64,000 nucleotides of DNA from Geosiphon pyriformis uo1 (taxonomy: Eukaryota; Fungi; Glomeromycota): the NCBI GenBank assembly GCA_016748015.1, contig JAAOMT010000706.1, positions 110,764 to 174,763 of the forward strand, written 5' to 3'. Below the pieces are notes generated by a model. That model was not told the origin of the DNA. It saw only the letters and a program-made list of their open reading frames with translations, and made no database searches. Of this stretch, positions 61,068-64,000 are shown in pieces (positions within the stretch are counted from its first letter, which is position 1; each line of letters starts with the position of its first letter). A program made the position numbers and the translations under genes.

Positions 61068-64000
61068 CTATCTAAAAATAGAGTGGCTAATTTATATGAC
61101 ATTAGTGGTTAATACATGTGATAATTAATAAGAAATATAAGTTTTAACCATAACAATACTAATGATATAAACAAATTTTATTTGTCTTGGTTTTTTTGGC
61201 TAATTTTGGCTATTATTTTACACAATATTCTGTTGAATTTTTTAATTAAGTCATTTGTTTATAAATAATATAGAAATAATAATAGTTTTTTAATTCTAAA
61301 TTTTTGATTTAATTCTATTAATGTTCTGTTTACAAAATAAGTTCTTTGGTTTAATAATAATTTTTTTGAATATTTATGTTAACAAATCAAATTTTGATAC
61401 ATGAATTCGACTACAAATTTTATATCTGTTTTTTAAATGGCTTTAACTTCTGGTTATTTTGTAAGATAGTTTATAACTACTACTATGTATTAGTTGTCTT
61501 TGCTAGTTATTGTTAATAATCTAACTAAGTTAATTCTAATTTGATTAAATAATTGTCCTACTTTAATTGGTTTTAATAGTTTGTTGTGTCTTGTTTCTTC
61601 TCTTTTTTGACAAACATCACAATTTTGAACATATTAAATAATATTTAAATATATTAATGGCCAATAGTATTTTTTTTTGGTTTTTTTCATAATTGCTTTT
61701 TTATAAAAATGTCTTGTAGTTGAATTTGAGTGCATGTTAAATAGTATTGTTTTTTTTTAATTCTGTAATTACTCTAAGTAGCTGGTCTAAATTTTTTCTG
61801 TTTTTTTAATATAGTATATTTTAATAAGTGATAAAATATTTTGATTGTTGTTTTATGTTATTTTGTTTTTTTTGAGATAATTTTTTCTTGAATTGTTGCT
61901 TATTAATATAATATTAGAATTGTTGATCTTTTTGTGTATTTATTTTTTGTTATATTTTTGGGTTAAAATACTTTTAGATTTGTCTTATTTGTAACAAACT
62001 ATTAGTATTTTTGTTTTTTTTCCTTTTTTATAATATATTATGTAATTAAATAGTAATAGTTCTATTTTTTATCTTTTATGGTAATCATTTTTAAATTTTT
62101 GCTTTTGAATTAATGTTAATTTTTTGTGATTAGTGTACAGATCAAATTTTTAATTCAAGTATTTTTTCTATTTAATGCTAGTTTAATAGATAATTAAATA
62201 TTCTAATGTTAAAGTTTCATAGTTTTTTTAGTTAAATTCAAACTTTGGCTGGTATATGTTATTAAATGTTCTCATTTATTCAATTTTTTTTGTGATAGTA
62301 TAGCTTTTAATGCTTGACTTAATGTATTAAAAGTAATAATAAATAATTTGCTATAATTTGAGTAGATTAATACTGAAGCCTAAATAAATTTTCTTTTTAA
62401 TATATTAAAGCTTCTTGTTGTTTTTTAGATTATTTATACTTGGTGTTTTTTGCTTAAAGCTGGTAAAATAATTGAGTCAGTTTAGAAAAATTCTGAATAA
62501 AATAGCAATAGTATTTAGTAAATTTTAAAAATGCTTTTAATTCAGTTAAATTGATTAAAACTAGAAAGTTTTTGACTATTTCAATCTTATTTGGATCTGT
62601 TTTTATGTCATTTTTGCTTATAATATGTTCTAAAAACTTGAGTTTTGTTTTTTTAAAGAAGCATTTTGTGGTATTTAACTTTAATTTTGCTTTTTTCAAC
62701 CTTTTAAACACTTATTGAAGATGATAAAAATAATTATTAAATGTTTTAAAGAACACATTGGTGTTATACAAGTAAACTACTACCAATTTTTATAATAATT
62801 TAATATAAACAATTTTTATTAACTGTTAAAAAATGGCTAGAGTATTGATTAAGCCAAAAGACATAATATCAAATTCAAAGTTTTTTTCTCTGGTAGTGAA
62901 TTCCGTTTTCTTTTTATTAGCTGAATTCATGGCTATTTGTTAATAATTACTGTTTAGATCCAATATAGAAAACCAATTTTTTTTTTCAAAAACATCAAAT
63001 AATTTTTGAATTTGTAAAATTGGATAACTGTTTTTATAAGTAATATTATTAAGTTTTCTATAATTCACACAAAAGTAAATCTTTTCATTCTTTTTTTAAA
63101 CAAGCATTACTGATAATAACTATGAATTTATTAACAGTTAAATTAACTTATTATTCAACATATAGTTGATTTCTTAATGAATGGTTTTATGATTAATAGA
63201 TGGTATTTAATATGCTTTTTGTTTAATTGGCATTGTATCTCTAGTTTTAATCTAGTGCTAAATAATATTAATTTTGCCAAATTTGTTTTTACTTGTAAAG
63301 ATATTAATAAAATTGTTGAATAGTAACTTGATTTACATATATTGGAATGAGTTTAAGTCTTTTAAGTTTATTTGCTCTAATTGTTTTAGTTGCAGCAAAT
63401 AGTATTCTTTTTATTTGTAAATAGTTTGTAATATGATGTCTATATATTTATAAAGTTGTGAAAAATTTGGAATAATAGTTGGTATTTGATTTTTAACTTC
63501 AATACTTAAATATTTAATAATAATTCTACTTGGTATTTTTATTAGATCTTTGGTTATGTTGTGTATTAAAATTTTGATATGTTTATGGTTTTTGGCTAAT
63601 ATATAGAGATTAATAATAACAATTTCTCCTGACTTATAAATGGTAAGATTTATTTCAAAAATTTGAAGTTGATTTTTTACTTTTTTTTTAATAACTAATA
63701 TATGTTAATCATATGATAAAATAGAAAGTAATTAATAAGTAAAAAATTTTTTTTCTTGATTAATTATTTTTTTTTATTATATTGACTGGTATTTTTATTC
63801 TACTTGTGGATTTAAATTTATTTATCTTTTTTGCTGTTATTTTTAATTCTTTTCTTGTTTTTACTAATACTAATTGAGTTATTTTTACCAAAAGCAAAAA
63901 TATTGTCTATGTTATTTTTTTATTTGGTTTAATTGTATATGCTTTTTTCGACTTATTTTGTAATATTGTATTAATTATTCTTTTTTTGATATTAATCTCT

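Larger units (their letters stand above)
53497..61155 (-). mobile_element. Full-length Ty3/Gypsy element C (7.7 kb; no dUTPase), inactivated
   Basis: LTRs 60468-61155 (5') and 53497-54148 (3'); TSD ATAC (53493-53496, 61156-61159); PBS TGGTGCTCTTTGTGAGGTT at 60461-60443. Gag QDPIEWLNDFERA, knuckle YYCRLTGHFSRD, protease LILDSRSS, RT VYLDD, integrase HTDSLTRHFG...CDIC. Confidence 0.93.
51408..64000 (-). mobile_element. Heavily mutated Ty3/Gypsy element D2 of the dUTPase family (3' LTR 51408-52207; integrase, RNase H, RT, dUTPase running off the window); interrupted by element C
   Basis: LTR homologous to 15515-16317. RT remnant ORF 62454-62711 (LKLNTTKCFF...LKFLEHII...DPNKIE). dUTPase C-terminal remnant at about 63810-64000, colinear with 35270-35480. 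Confidence 0.8.

Noticed and set aside
1-64000. tRNA, rRNA or snRNA genes
   Set aside because: No cloverleaf or conserved RNA motif recognised; the only tRNA-related sequences are retroelement PBSs.

Overview
AT-rich, intron-rich fungal genomic DNA. The gene and transposon style suggests Glomeromycotina (arbuscular mycorrhizal lineage, possibly Geosiphon-like); this is inferred, not verified. Three host genes sit in CpG-retaining islands: a signal-peptide/Ser-rich/Cys-module single-pass membrane protein (833-3766, minus), the U4/U6 snRNP factor PRP3 (12473-14673, minus) and an E(z)/EZH2-type H3K27 methyltransferase (36407-39551, plus). Most of the rest is decayed transposable element. It comprises an intron-containing pogo/Tigger DNA transposon, a four-level nest of Ty3/Gypsy elements (15515-36033), a full-length RNase H-bearing LINE with target-site duplication (TSD; 42412-49172), a second Gypsy nest (51408-64000) and extremely AT-rich LINE relics. 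Two themes stand out. First, repeats show directional C-to-T/G-to-A hypermutation (CpG first, then non-CpG) that spares genes, resembling RIP or methylation-driven mutation outside Dikarya. Second, one Gypsy lineage has an unusual architecture: Gag-protease-Cys-rich unknown domain-dUTPase-RT-RNase H-integrase, plus an extra 3' ORF, 4-bp TSDs, a U5 copy of the tRNA 3' end that can fold over the primer-binding site, and a 10-bp-phased ACGCG-like array in U3. All coordinates and alignments were done by eye.
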